IMG/VR virus record: IMGVR_UViG_3300019765_000010
Coordinates: 1 to 37,019 of that record
Source of the DNA: a virus
Lineage: Duplodnaviria > Caudoviricetes
Direction: 5' to 3' (one strand)
Length of the DNA: 37,019 bases
Position 1 is the stretch's first letter, and each line of letters begins with the position of its first letter. The notes beneath the pieces are model-generated. The model made no database searches and was not told where the DNA came from. It saw only the letters and a program-made list of their open reading frames with translations. The position numbers were made by a program, and so were the translations under genes. Shown here piece by piece: positions 25,960 to 35,068 of the stretch.

Positions 25960-26000
25960 CTAAATATTTTTATGGTTTTTTATTATTAAATATTTAGATG
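25957..26000. promoter_or_regulatory. Symmetric pair of late promoters (CTAAATA) in the divergent intergenic region
   Basis: CTAAATA at 25960-25966 (+) and 25991-25997 (-), within a perfect 13 bp inverted repeat. Confidence 0.7.
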
Positions 26001-26435
26001 TCATATAAAGGAAAATATAGTCCTTCATATCCAAAAAAATATAAAGGAAATCCAACAAACATAATTTACCGTTCTTTATGGGAACGAAAATTTATGGTTT
26101 ATTGTGATAAGAATGAAAATATCTTAGAATGGGGAAGCGAAGAGATTGCTTTGCCATATCGTTCTCCGGTTGATAATAAAATACATCGATACTTTCCTGA
26201 TTTTTATGTGAAGTTGAAAGAATCGACCGGTCAAATAAAAAAAATGTTAATTGAAATAAAACCCCAAAAACAAACTACTCCTCCCACAAAACCAAAAAGA
26301 AATACAAAAGGATACATTTATGAAGTATATGAGTATGCAAAAAATCAAGCAAAATGGAAAGCAGCAGAAGAGTTTTGTAGAGATAGACGATGGGAATTTA
26401 AAGTATTAACAGAAAACGAACTCGGTATTAAGTAA
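25998..26435 (+). CDS. gp4: Head completion nuclease gp4
   Basis: YKGKY.P..PKKYKG.PTNIIYRSLWERKFM..CD...WGSEEI..PY.SPVD..HRYFPDF...IEIKP...NQAKW. Confidence 0.95.
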   Translation: MSYKGKYSPSYPKKYKGNPTNIIYRSLWERKFMVYCDKNENILEWGSEEIALPYRSPVDNKIHRYFPDFYVKLKESTGQIKKMLIEIKPQKQTTPPTKPKRNTKGYIYEVYEYAKNQAKWKAAEEFCRDRRWEFKVLTENELGIK

Positions 26436-26812
26436 TGCAGTATCCTGCCGATACAAAAAATAATCGTCTACGCCAAGCTATGGACGAATTGATTGGTATA
26501 GAAGATCCTGATATGTTATTTGGGAAAATTATTGAACTAATAAAAACAACAGGAACAACATCTCCAAGTGTTGATAATTATTATACCTTTCTTTATGATG
26601 CAAAGACATCAAATATTGTTTATGATGAGCATCCGTTGGTTTATGTTACTGAAATTTTTTCCTGGGGATTTCGTGGAATCAACCTACACTGGGGAGATAT
26701 TAGGCAATATACAACAAATCAAGTTGTTGGTCCAGTATATTTTGTGAATGAAGAGGAATTGAGAGATTTGGAAACACTACCATATAAGAAAATTCGTGGT
26801 TTTGGAGTCTAA
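26435..26812 (+). CDS. gp2: DNA end protector gp2-like
   Basis: YYTFLYDAKT...YDEHPLV...GFRGINLHW; follows gp4. Confidence 0.75.
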   Translation: MQYPADTKNNRLRQAMDELIGIEDPDMLFGKIIELIKTTGTTSPSVDNYYTFLYDAKTSNIVYDEHPLVYVTEIFSWGFRGINLHWGDIRQYTTNQVVGPVYFVNEEELRDLETLPYKKIRGFGV

Positions 26813-26839
26813 ATAATTAAAAGGACCAAAAAGAGATAA

Positions 26840-28753
26840 ATGTCCAATCATTTAGAAAATTTATTCAAAGATCAGATTATTAGGACAGTACCAGCCACAG
26901 GAGCGGGATCAGCAGGAAGAACTATTGATGAAAGTTATCCTCTTGATACGAAGATTTCTGGTCCAAACTCAAAAACTGAAAGTTTTAACGTTGAAACTGG
27001 TCCTGTTTCTGTCCAATCTGCTAACGGTTCTTATCAGTTTTTTACTACTGGTGCGGGTAATGTTAAATTTAACATTCATAAAGCCGAATCTCAATATGTA
27101 GATGCCTACGTTGCGCGCAATGCCGGCATTTCTAACCGTAGATTTGACTCACAAATAGTAGACCCAAAGTCATTGGAAATAAATGATGCCTCTTATCCAA
27201 GAGTTTATTATATGAAAATAGATGATAATCAACTTTTTAACTCCATTAAATCTGCAGGCAAAACAATACCAGGAACAAAGATCCATCAAATAGATAATAA
27301 CTTTGATGGTGCAGAGATTGATGTAGCTGTTACAAAGAATGGCATCAACTACGTTGCAGTAGCTATAGAAAAAAATGGAAATTATTCTTCGCTTGAAGAA
27401 GACCTTCTTGGTGGTGCTCAGAATCAATCCAGTCTTGCAGCAAGACCTGAAATGACAGCATTTTGGAATGACTTAACAAACAAAGATCCAGCATTAAAAC
27501 GGGAGATAAAAAGTGCTGATGATAAGTTTATTCAAAAAGGAAAAAACCAGGCTGCTGGATATCACCTACCGAACGTGCAGAACCTACAACAATGGGAACA
27601 AGACGCCATAAAACGGTTTCCAACGACTATTGCATATAATAAAACTCCTTCCACTCCAAGTAACACAAATGCACCAGGTCAACAACCATCTGGTCCTCTA
27701 GCAAGTGTTATACCTCCCACACCGATAACCACTCCTTATAGAGAAGGACCACCAATTCCCTCAGCTGTGAACGTGGGAGTGAAAGATTTTAAAACTTTAA
27801 TTTATCCGATGGCAATTGCGAACCATATTGGAATAAATTCCACCGGAGAGGGAATAGATTATTTTAGACTCGAAGTCAAAGAATATGTTCCTGTAAGTGG
27901 TACTGGAGATTCTACCCTTGGAAGCGTTATTTCTAGTGGCGGATTAATAAGAGAGCAGGGACAGGGACAACTAAATTCTAATAACAATTCTCTAAAACAG
28001 GTTAAAACAAAAAACACGATAATTCTACCAATTCCTTCAAATATCAACGATTCAAATAATGTTTCCTATACAGAAAATGATCTTGATGCTGTGAGTGCTG
28101 CTTTAGTTGGGGGATATACAAATATTCTGAACAGTGTAAGCATGTCAAACCCAAGTGGTGCTATTGACGTTATTAAGGATCAATTCAATAATTTTTACAA
28201 AGAACAATCAGGTGTACTTAGAACAGCAATAAACGCATCTCTACAAGCACAGGTTGCAAATTTATCTCCCTTTGGTGTTAATAATGTAAGTGCAGAGTCT
28301 CTTCTTGCAAGATCTACTGGTGCAATTTTAAATCCAAATAAAGAACTATTGTTTAATGGTGTCACAACAAGAGCATTTAAGTTTTCATTTAAATTAACGC
28401 CAAGAAATAAGAATGAAGGTATAGTAGTAAAACAAATAATAAGAACACTAAAACTAAATATGGCACCAAAAGTTACAACAGGTGGAAATCAGTTTTTAAG
28501 AACACCAAATGTATTTGATCTTTCATATCGACGAGGAAAAGATATGCATCCATTTCTAAATCGATTTAAACAGTGTGCATTAACAAATATGAATGTCAAC
28601 TATACAGGGGATGGTGTTTATTCTACATACCATGACTCTACACCAGTTTCTATGGTAATGAATTTAACATTTAAAGAACTTGAACCAATTTATGACATAG
28701 ATTATGGTGATACTAATGATACAAATTCTCAAGATATAGGAGTAGGATTCTAA
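26840..28753 (+). CDS. gp48: Baseplate tail tube cap gp48 with long N-terminal extension
   Basis: IILPIP..INDSNNVSY...LNPNKELLFNGVTTRAFKFSFKLTPRN..E...CALTNMNVNYT...LTFKELEPI; CTAAATA at 26809-26815. Confidence 0.9.
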   Translation: MSNHLENLFKDQIIRTVPATGAGSAGRTIDESYPLDTKISGPNSKTESFNVETGPVSVQSANGSYQFFTTGAGNVKFNIHKAESQYVDAYVARNAGISNRRFDSQIVDPKSLEINDASYPRVYYMKIDDNQLFNSIKSAGKTIPGTKIHQIDNNFDGAEIDVAVTKNGINYVAVAIEKNGNYSSLEEDLLGGAQNQSSLAARPEMTAFWNDLTNKDPALKREIKSADDKFIQKGKNQAAGYHLPNVQNLQQWEQDAIKRFPTTIAYNKTPSTPSNTNAPGQQPSGPLASVIPPTPITTPYREGPPIPSAVNVGVKDFKTLIYPMAIANHIGINSTGEGIDYFRLEVKEYVPVSGTGDSTLGSVISSGGLIREQGQGQLNSNNNSLKQVKTKNTIILPIPSNINDSNNVSYTENDLDAVSAALVGGYTNILNSVSMSNPSGAIDVIKDQFNNFYKEQSGVLRTAINASLQAQVANLSPFGVNNVSAESLLARSTGAILNPNKELLFNGVTTRAFKFSFKLTPRNKNEGIVVKQIIRTLKLNMAPKVTTGGNQFLRTPNVFDLSYRRGKDMHPFLNRFKQCALTNMNVNYTGDGVYSTYHDSTPVSMVMNLTFKELEPIYDIDYGDTNDTNSQDIGVGF

Positions 28754-28754
28754 A

Positions 28755-29408
28755 ATGGGTTATTTCAGAGAACTTCCAAATTTAGAGTATCAATCATTTT
28801 TAGATAATAGAAATTCATCTGAAGATTACCTTTTAGTCAAGAATTTTTTCCGTAGAGTTAAACTTCGAGATGATCTTAAAAATATCTTTACATTATTTGA
28901 TAAGTATACTATATCTGACAATTCAAGACCAGATAATGTAGCAGAAGAATTGTTTGGAGATCCAACTTTAGATTGGGTGGTTTTAATAATTGGAGGGATA
29001 ACCAATATTTACGATCAATGGCCACTATCAAACAATGATCTTTACAATTTGACAGTGGAAAAATATGGTATTGAAAATATCAATGCAACTCATCATTATG
29101 AAACAACATTTGTTGTTGATGAATATAATAGACTCATTATGCAAGATGGATTAACTGTAACCGAAGATTTTACAATACCTGATCCATCTGATAGCAATTT
29201 AACAATTAATCCTACCATTGCAATAACAAATTTAGAATATGAAATTAGAAAAAATGATATTAAGAGACAAATATATGTTCTAAAATCAGAATACCTGAGT
29301 AAATTTTTGGACGATTGTCGTAGTTTTTTACTTTATACAAAGTCTAGTGAATACGTCAATGAAAGATTAATTAAAACGTTTAATACAAAAATTACAGAAC
29401 TAGATTAA
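28755..29408 (+). CDS. gp53: Baseplate wedge subunit gp53
   Basis: MGYFRELPN...RPDNVAEELFGDPTLDWVVLI...QWPL...HHYET...NLEYEIRKND.KRQI. Confidence 0.92.
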   Translation: MGYFRELPNLEYQSFLDNRNSSEDYLLVKNFFRRVKLRDDLKNIFTLFDKYTISDNSRPDNVAEELFGDPTLDWVVLIIGGITNIYDQWPLSNNDLYNLTVEKYGIENINATHHYETTFVVDEYNRLIMQDGLTVTEDFTIPDPSDSNLTINPTIAITNLEYEIRKNDIKRQIYVLKSEYLSKFLDDCRSFLLYTKSSEYVNERLIKTFNTKITELD

Positions 29409-29429
29409 AAAGGGGAGGTTTCCCTCCCC
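29407..29429 (-). terminator. Rho-independent terminator after gp32
   Basis: GGGGAGG-GAAA-CCTCCCC followed by TTTTT on the minus strand. Confidence 0.9.
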
Positions 29430-29439
29430 AAAAAAATAT

Positions 29440-30393
29440 TCACTCTTCAGCAAGTCGTGCGAAGTAGGACAAAGTATCATCATCAGTAGAACTGTCTGGT
29501 GTAATATCAGGATCGTTAAATCCACCACTATTACCTGACAGAGAGTTCAGTTCTTCTTTCATGGACTGAGGCATAGAATTGCTCTCACCACGATTCTGCT
29601 GACGGAACTCTTCTTCTTCCTCAATAGTTTCTTGATCCTGGAATTTAGGAGTGCCTTTGATGCCAAGCACATAATCAAGACGCTTTTTCAAGTCATCATA
29701 TGATTTAAACTGGTCGGGAGCAACAAACTCTTCCAGAGAATATTCTTTCTTCCAGATTGCCTCCATGGCATCATCGTCGTCGAGAAGTGCATCCTGACGT
29801 GCAAACTCAGAAGAATCGTAGTTACGATAACCAGCAACGTTCTTTGCTTTCAGTTTAAAGTTAGCACCTTGCCAGAAGTCAAAGGGATCAATTGCTTCCT
29901 CATCTTCAAACTCAGGTTGCATAGCAGCAGTCAATTTGTCAAAGATCTTCTTACCGAACTTGTACAGGAAGACTTTACCTTCGTTCTCGGGATTAGCAGG
30001 ATCTTTAACCACATAAATGTTAGTAACATAAGTCAGTTTACGCTTCTGCTTACGTGCGGCATCCTTGCCAGCATCGGTGCCGTTATTCCACAGCATCGTG
30101 TTGTATTCAGACACAGGATCTTTCTGACCCAGAGTAGTCAGAGAGTTTTCAATGTACCAACCGCCAGGACCCTGGAAGGCGTGGGAGTACAGTTTGACAA
30201 ATGGTAGATCTTCGCCGTTAGGTGCGGGCAGGAAACGAATAACGGCATAACCATTTCCTCCTTTATCACACTCAAGTTTCCAGAGACGCTCATCTCCAGA
30301 ACTACCTGTGTTGTTCATTTTTTCGACTTCTTTGACCAGTTTGGCGGTCAGAGAGCCCAGTTTGGATTGCTTCTTAAGGTCAGCAAAAGACAT
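29440..30393 (-). CDS. gp32: ssDNA-binding protein gp32
   Basis: Start MSFADLKK at 30393 (GAGG SD); GNGYAVIRFLPA, HAFQGPGGWYIENSLTT, YKFGKKIFDK; acidic tail. Confidence 0.97.
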   Translation of the reverse strand: MSFADLKKQSKLGSLTAKLVKEVEKMNNTGSSGDERLWKLECDKGGNGYAVIRFLPAPNGEDLPFVKLYSHAFQGPGGWYIENSLTTLGQKDPVSEYNTMLWNNGTDAGKDAARKQKRKLTYVTNIYVVKDPANPENEGKVFLYKFGKKIFDKLTAAMQPEFEDEEAIDPFDFWQGANFKLKAKNVAGYRNYDSSEFARQDALLDDDDAMEAIWKKEYSLEEFVAPDQFKSYDDLKKRLDYVLGIKGTPKFQDQETIEEEEEFRQQNRGESNSMPQSMKEELNSLSGNSGGFNDPDITPDSSTDDDTLSYFARLAEE

Positions 30394-30437
30394 TTGGATT
30401 ACCTCGGATAAGTTGGATTCGGGTGATTTACTTGGAT

Positions 30438-30466
30438 AGTATAGCAAGAATGCTCTCAGGCGTCAA
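30438..30466 (-). promoter_or_regulatory. Sigma70-type promoter for gp32
   Basis: TTGACG-17 bp-TATACT with TG extension. Confidence 0.8.
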
Positions 30467-30788
30467 TATATTCCTTGAGAGATTTGATTGTGGCATTCAT
30501 ACTATCAAATAAGGTTTGCATATCAGTCTCTGGTGGGAAACCCATCATGGAAACTGATTTGCGAAGATTCTCTTTCATCTCAATCGCTTGTGGATCTTCT
30601 GAAAGAGATAACCTAGTATACATCACTCTTTGCTTTTCTAGCAAGTTTGTGAGTATTTCAACGTGTTCAAGTTTATCTTCACGGGTCATTTCTCCAAAAG
30701 AAAATAAACTGCCGTAAATTTTTTCTTGGAGTCTATTAATTTCATTCAATTCTTCTTGAATTATCTCTGATTCAAAAAAATTACTCAT
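30456..30788 (-). CDS. DUF1825-like protein
   Basis: Start MSNFFESEIIQEE; LLEKQRVMYTRLSLSEDPQA. Confidence 0.75.
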   Translation of the reverse strand: MSNFFESEIIQEELNEINRLQEKIYGSLFSFGEMTREDKLEHVEILTNLLEKQRVMYTRLSLSEDPQAIEMKENLRKSVSMMGFPPETDMQTLFDSMNATIKSLKEYIDA

Positions 30789-31377
30789 GTAAAATTTCCC
30801 GTAAAATTTTTTTAAACTTGAATACATCAATATTTATGAAAGGCGTATATTTTTTCAATTTCAAACTAACAGTTTCCCAAACGGGGTCTGACAATTTTTT
30901 ATCGAAATTTTTTGAAAACCCAAAAATTTTCTCATAAACCACAAAAGTCTCAAGACTTACGTCTCCACCAAGATACTTTTTTAATAGGATTGGATGTCCT
31001 TTCGAACAATCGAATAGATTCTCTAATTCGTTGTTCAAGAGTAATTCGTTGCTTTGTTCTTTGAACAAGTAAGTCAAACTCTGTTTTCTCTTTGTCCAGT
31101 CGGCGTAAGTCCTTTCGCCAGAATTGATAATTTCTCCAATCCATAGATTTTGTGGGTTGTCGGAAGCAGCAAAATTTGATACTAAAAATTGTACAACTTC
31201 CTCATCAGAATATTTGCGGGAAGTTTTTTCAAACCAATACTTATCTTTCCTCTTATTGAAAGATGTTACACTAGCACGGGTTTTTGCACCATACTTGAAA
31301 AAATCATACTTTGGATTTGTAAAATGATTTTTAAGTGAAAGGTAATGTTGATATGTTTCAAAGGGAGTCACTTTCAT
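30781..31377 (-). CDS. gp59: Helicase loader gp59
   Basis: YLSLKNHFT...YDFFKY...FNKRKDKYWFEK; lies between gp33 and gp32. Confidence 0.92.
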   Translation of the reverse strand: MKVTPFETYQHYLSLKNHFTNPKYDFFKYGAKTRASVTSFNKRKDKYWFEKTSRKYSDEEVVQFLVSNFAASDNPQNLWIGEIINSGERTYADWTKRKQSLTYLFKEQSNELLLNNELENLFDCSKGHPILLKKYLGGDVSLETFVVYEKIFGFSKNFDKKLSDPVWETVSLKLKKYTPFINIDVFKFKKILREILHE

Positions 31378-31558
31378 TTTCTACCAATTCAAGGTCTTCA
31401 ATACAATCTACCGATACTTCATGATCGGCAATTTTATACCAATATTTAAGTTGACCAAGAGTATCTTCATAATACCCCAGATATGCCAAATCTTCAGACT
31501 GGTTTTCTCGTAACCAAGCCTGAAGACGATGATGCATTAGTTCATCACGAGAAATCAT
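31358..31558 (-). CDS. Hypothetical protein
   Basis: 66 aa ORF overlapping gp33 (ATGA) and gp59. Confidence 0.7.
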   Translation of the reverse strand: MISRDELMHHRLQAWLRENQSEDLAYLGYYEDTLGQLKYWYKIADHEVSVDCIEDLELVENESDSL

Positions 31559-31815
31559 AATGGTAATTTTGCTCTCGAAGTTCGTTTCATAAAATTAAGT
31601 CTCGTAGCATCCCACTTCAGTTTTTCCTTCAGCGGTTTGGATACAAGTTTCGTTACCGATTCTACCTCAAGTTCGTTCACTTCGCAATAGTGAACGATAG
31701 CATCAATATAATTGATTTTTTCTTCGGCAACAATTTTTTCAATTTCTAATGCAAATTTAGAAGGTGTGAGAAATTTTTTCTCAATCGCCTGTTCTAGTTC
31801 TTTATTCGGTTCCAT
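31555..31815 (-). CDS. gp33: Late transcription coactivator gp33
   Basis: Start MEPNKEL; FALEIEKIV...NYIDAIVHYCE...LKEKLKWDATRLNF. Confidence 0.9.
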   Translation of the reverse strand: MEPNKELEQAIEKKFLTPSKFALEIEKIVAEEKINYIDAIVHYCEVNELEVESVTKLVSKPLKEKLKWDATRLNFMKRTSRAKLPL

Positions 31816-32482
31816 AGAGTTCCAGTTTATCTCTAACAAACTTTCTAATGTATTCGGTGAGAAGTTTGATGTACTTTGATTTGTCTCGTTCTTCATAGAC
31901 GACGCATTCTCCATTTTCGCAAGCCATAATAATTACAAGTTTTTTAACTGAAATACCAGTCAGTTCGTACAGCATACAACCATATGCCATGCACTGCACA
32001 AAATAGTGATCGATCCACTCCCGTGGTTTTGGTTTCTTGGATGTTTTGAAATCAATTATTGCTAGTTCGCCTTCATATTCGGCAATACAATCAACCGTTC
32101 CGGCAATACCAAGTTGTTTACTATATAGGGAACCCTCAAGTGCATGGATATTATCAATCTTGTTTAGTTTAGATTTAGAGATCTTAAAAAGAAAATCTGA
32201 AATAGGTTGAACCTTTGGCAGTTCTTCATTCTTTAAAAAGTGTTCAGTTAGAGTATGCATATCCGTACCACGACTTGTAGCAGCTTTAGTGATACGATCT
32301 GCCTCCTCGTTTCCTACTTTCTTTCGCCATTTTACAAAGATCTCTTTATTAAAATGACTAGTCACCGAAGTGATGGAGACCAGTCGGAGGAGTTCTTCTG
32401 CATCAGGAACAGAGTAGTATCTTACTCCATCAATAGTCTCCCTCTCAAGTTGAGGGAGGTTAATATCAACATGATTAAACAT
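31802..32482 (-). CDS. PD-(D/E)XK exonuclease (Cas4/RecB-like)
   Basis: SITSVTS...RGTDMH...IAGTVDCIAEY..ELAIIDFKTS...YFVQCMAY. Confidence 0.9.
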   Translation of the reverse strand: MFNHVDINLPQLERETIDGVRYYSVPDAEELLRLVSITSVTSHFNKEIFVKWRKKVGNEEADRITKAATSRGTDMHTLTEHFLKNEELPKVQPISDFLFKISKSKLNKIDNIHALEGSLYSKQLGIAGTVDCIAEYEGELAIIDFKTSKKPKPREWIDHYFVQCMAYGCMLYELTGISVKKLVIIMACENGECVVYEERDKSKYIKLLTEYIRKFVRDKLELYGTE

Positions 32483-33243
32483 TAAAAACCAGAATCAATT
32501 TTTGCAGTTAGGTATTCTTTGACAAGACCGGAACGAACAATATCATCAATATCAAATTCAATAATACCAAAAGATGGCATTTTACGCAAGATGTTCATGA
32601 AATCAACGATACCATTTCTTTCATTTGACTTATTCAAATCAGACTGGCGAGCATCACCACAGAAACAAATTTTTGTATTTTCACCAACACGAGTGATAAT
32701 AGAATCTAGTTCATGGAAGTTAAGATTCTGAAACTCGTCAACAATGATAATCGAATTATCGAGAGTAGTTCCACGAAGAAATGATGTACTCCAGAACTTA
32801 ATTGTTTCTTGTGCTTTGAGATTGCCATAGAGCATCTCAAAATCTGCATCACTTGGCATCTGGAACATATACTTCACCATATTCTTATAAGGAATTTGGT
32901 AAATATCTGCCTTATCGTCATGATCTCCAGGAAGAAAACCAATTTCTCTCGTAGCAACAAGTGATCTTACAAGATAAATTCTCTCATAAGGTGTTCTTTC
33001 ATCAAGAACATCTCGTAGTGCATTAAAAAGAGTGATGAAAGTTTTTCCAGTCCCAGCACAACCATATGCAACTATATGTTTTCCTTCACCATACTCTTTA
33101 AATAGATTTTTTTGATTTTCTGTAAGAGGTTCTATATCAACCAAATATTCCGAACTTAAGGGTTTTTTCCTTTTCATCTGCTTGGTTGTAAGACCAACTC
33201 CAATTGGTTGGTCATTTGCAGATGCTCTTTTTCTTCTTGCCAT
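32482..33243 (-). CDS. phoH: PhoH family ATPase
   Basis: GCAGTGKT, REIGFLPG, FLRGTT, IIVDEFQN, ITRVGE, GDARQSDL, DIVRSGLV. Confidence 0.97.
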   Translation of the reverse strand: MARRKRASANDQPIGVGLTTKQMKRKKPLSSEYLVDIEPLTENQKNLFKEYGEGKHIVAYGCAGTGKTFITLFNALRDVLDERTPYERIYLVRSLVATREIGFLPGDHDDKADIYQIPYKNMVKYMFQMPSDADFEMLYGNLKAQETIKFWSTSFLRGTTLDNSIIIVDEFQNLNFHELDSIITRVGENTKICFCGDARQSDLNKSNERNGIVDFMNILRKMPSFGIIEFDIDDIVRSGLVKEYLTAKIDSGF

Positions 33244-33245
33244 AC

Positions 33246-33491
33246 TTAGATTTTTGAAATATTTGATCCGGGAACTGATGCAGCTTTAGAAAGAACATCG
33301 TTCCATCCTGGGTTTTTCTTACGAAGTTTATCTTTCCACTCTCCAACTTCACCAATAGAAGGTGCGTTTTCTGGAGTATAGTATCTCTCCCAATCAGGAT
33401 TATCTTCTCTCCACTGATCCCAAGCATGAACGCTCATTACAACGTCTTTGGTTTCACCAGTTTCTTTATGTTTTACAGGATATGTTGCCAT
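33246..33491 (-). CDS. Conserved hypothetical protein (FmdB-like N-terminus without Cys)
   Basis: MATYPVKHKETGE...GWNDVL; CTAAATA at 33513-33519. Confidence 0.75.
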   Translation of the reverse strand: MATYPVKHKETGETKDVVMSVHAWDQWREDNPDWERYYTPENAPSIGEVGEWKDKLRKKNPGWNDVLSKAASVPGSNISKI

Positions 33492-33515
33492 AGTTATAAA
33501 TTCAATTAAATGTAT

Positions 33516-34025
33516 TTAGAAGTAGTTTATGATGACATTAAATCTAAATTTTTGATCCGTACATGAATAAGAACGATGAGGAACAGAAGGATCAAATAAA
33601 ATTAGACGATTTGCTTTACTTTCAATTTTACCATAACCCATAATTTCAGTAGATCCATTGCAATCATTCAAACTAAAAAGTACTCCTTTGTGAGGAAAAT
33701 CTGCATCCTGGTGCCAACGATGAGCAACATTATGTGAAGTTTGTGGATAGCAATTTATTTTTGAGCGGATTATTGCTTTAACATAAAATTCTTCATGAAA
33801 CTTGGAGAATAATTTTTCTCCAAAATCTTTAAAAAACTCACTTTTCGGAACAAAATTGTCATATATCATATGCCCAAACAAAATGTGATTATTTGGTTCT
33901 GGTGTATTTAATTTTACGATACTTTCTGGTATTATATAATGAGCTTTTCTAGCAATATTTGCAAGATATGAAAGATCATTATAATCTAAAAAATCATCAA
34001 TAATAACGGGATCTTTAGAGTCCAT
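33516..34025 (-). CDS. 2OG-Fe(II) oxygenase superfamily protein
   Basis: IIDDFL...WHQD (HxD)...NRLILFD...PH...RFNVIINYF; TAATG coupling to the thyX stop. Confidence 0.8.
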   Translation of the reverse strand: MDSKDPVIIDDFLDYNDLSYLANIARKAHYIIPESIVKLNTPEPNNHILFGHMIYDNFVPKSEFFKDFGEKLFSKFHEEFYVKAIIRSKINCYPQTSHNVAHRWHQDADFPHKGVLFSLNDCNGSTEIMGYGKIESKANRLILFDPSVPHRSYSCTDQKFRFNVIINYF

Positions 34026-34657
34026 TACCACTCCATTGCTTCTGCAACAGCGGGAAACTGTTCAATAAAGATTTCCTTAGCGCCTAGTGCAATATCCATG
34101 TGCTCCTTCTGTGTGCCATTTGCAGAACGCAAATCGATATAATGAATCCATGAGCGCACAGAACCCGTCATGTAGATTCTTGTTGGTGTTGCCAAAGGAA
34201 GCACAAACCGAGCACACTCCTTTGCAATTGATGCATCAAGCATCTCTTTATAGAGTTTCATTCCTTCTTCAAAGTGCTTTTGCATTTTGATTTGGAACTC
34301 CTGACGGACAAACGGATCAATATCATCAATAGAATTCTGACGATTCTTGGTGTCTTGCCTGCGTAGTTCAGGTAGAGGGATCGTCTCCGCGAGTAGGGAA
34401 GAATCAGCATACCGTTGTGAAAATTCTTGATATGTAAAGGATCTATGACGAAGCACTTGAGCTGCCACACCCCTGGTGGTATTGATTTCCAGGGTCATAA
34501 ATGCCTGCTCAAAAATGCTCCAGTGTTGGTGCTTCACACAATACTTAAGGAGTCCAGAGAACTTCTCATTCTCCTGGTTATTGGGGTTGGAGACACGGGC
34601 ACAATATGCCATGTGTTTTTCTGCATCAGGAGTTACACTAATCAGTTTTACGCTCAT
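34025..34657 (-). CDS. thyX: FAD-dependent thymidylate synthase
   Basis: HWSIFE; RHRSFTYQEFSQR (RHR-x7-SxR motif); ECARFVLP; TQKEH. Confidence 0.97.
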   Translation of the reverse strand: MSVKLISVTPDAEKHMAYCARVSNPNNQENEKFSGLLKYCVKHQHWSIFEQAFMTLEINTTRGVAAQVLRHRSFTYQEFSQRYADSSLLAETIPLPELRRQDTKNRQNSIDDIDPFVRQEFQIKMQKHFEEGMKLYKEMLDASIAKECARFVLPLATPTRIYMTGSVRSWIHYIDLRSANGTQKEHMDIALGAKEIFIEQFPAVAEAMEW

Positions 34658-34851
34658 TTCTTACCAAATCCTTTGAATGTTTTTGCATCAATTCTATCAA
34701 TTTCTTCTTTGATAGATTTAATATTTTTCCTGTATTCCAAAATCTCTTCATCAGAATACAAGTGTTCTTGCTTAATCAATCTATTAAGCAATTTTAGAAG
34801 TTTCTTCGCTCTATTTGTGTTACTAATCCGGGTATCCATCATCATCCTCAA
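34654..34851 (-). CDS. Hypothetical coiled-coil protein (start uncertain)
   Basis: RAKKLLKLLNRLIKQEHLYS...KGFGK; overlaps the thyX start (ATGA). Confidence 0.65.
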   Translation of the reverse strand: MRMMMDTRISNTNRAKKLLKLLNRLIKQEHLYSDEEILEYRKNIKSIKEEIDRIDAKTFKGFGKK

Positions 34852-34990
34852 AAATTTCGTCGTAATCTTGTAAGATTGTTTTTGGAGATTCTTTTACATA
34901 AGCATCAACATCAGAATACACTTCTGCTTTCAAACCATCAACAAGTAATTCTAAATTACGAACAATTAGTTTTAGTCGTTCTCTGTCCAT
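34823..34990 (-). CDS. Conserved hypothetical cyanophage protein
   Basis: Start MDRERLKLIVRNLELLVD...DDDGYPD; TGTTATAAT extended -10 at 35014-35022. Confidence 0.75.
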   Translation of the reverse strand: MDRERLKLIVRNLELLVDGLKAEVYSDVDAYVKESPKTILQDYDEIFEDDDGYPD

Positions 34991-35023
34991 ACATAATTGA
35001 TATTCCACAATTAATTATAACAC

Positions 35024-35050
35024 AAAAAAGAGGGGTGATCAATCCCCTCT
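35024..35050 (-). terminator. Rho-independent terminator
   Basis: AGAGGGG-ATTGATCA-CCCCTCT followed by a T-tract. Confidence 0.8.
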
Positions 35051-35068
35051 ACATTTTATATTTTAGTA

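Noticed and set aside
31802-32482. CRISPR-associated Cas4 / CRISPR locus
   Set aside because: This is a stand-alone phage exonuclease in a core gene block; no repeat-spacer array or other cas genes are seen.
32482-33520. Pho box regulation of phoH
   Set aside because: No convincing tandem Pho-box repeat upstream; phoH is routine in marine T4-like phages.
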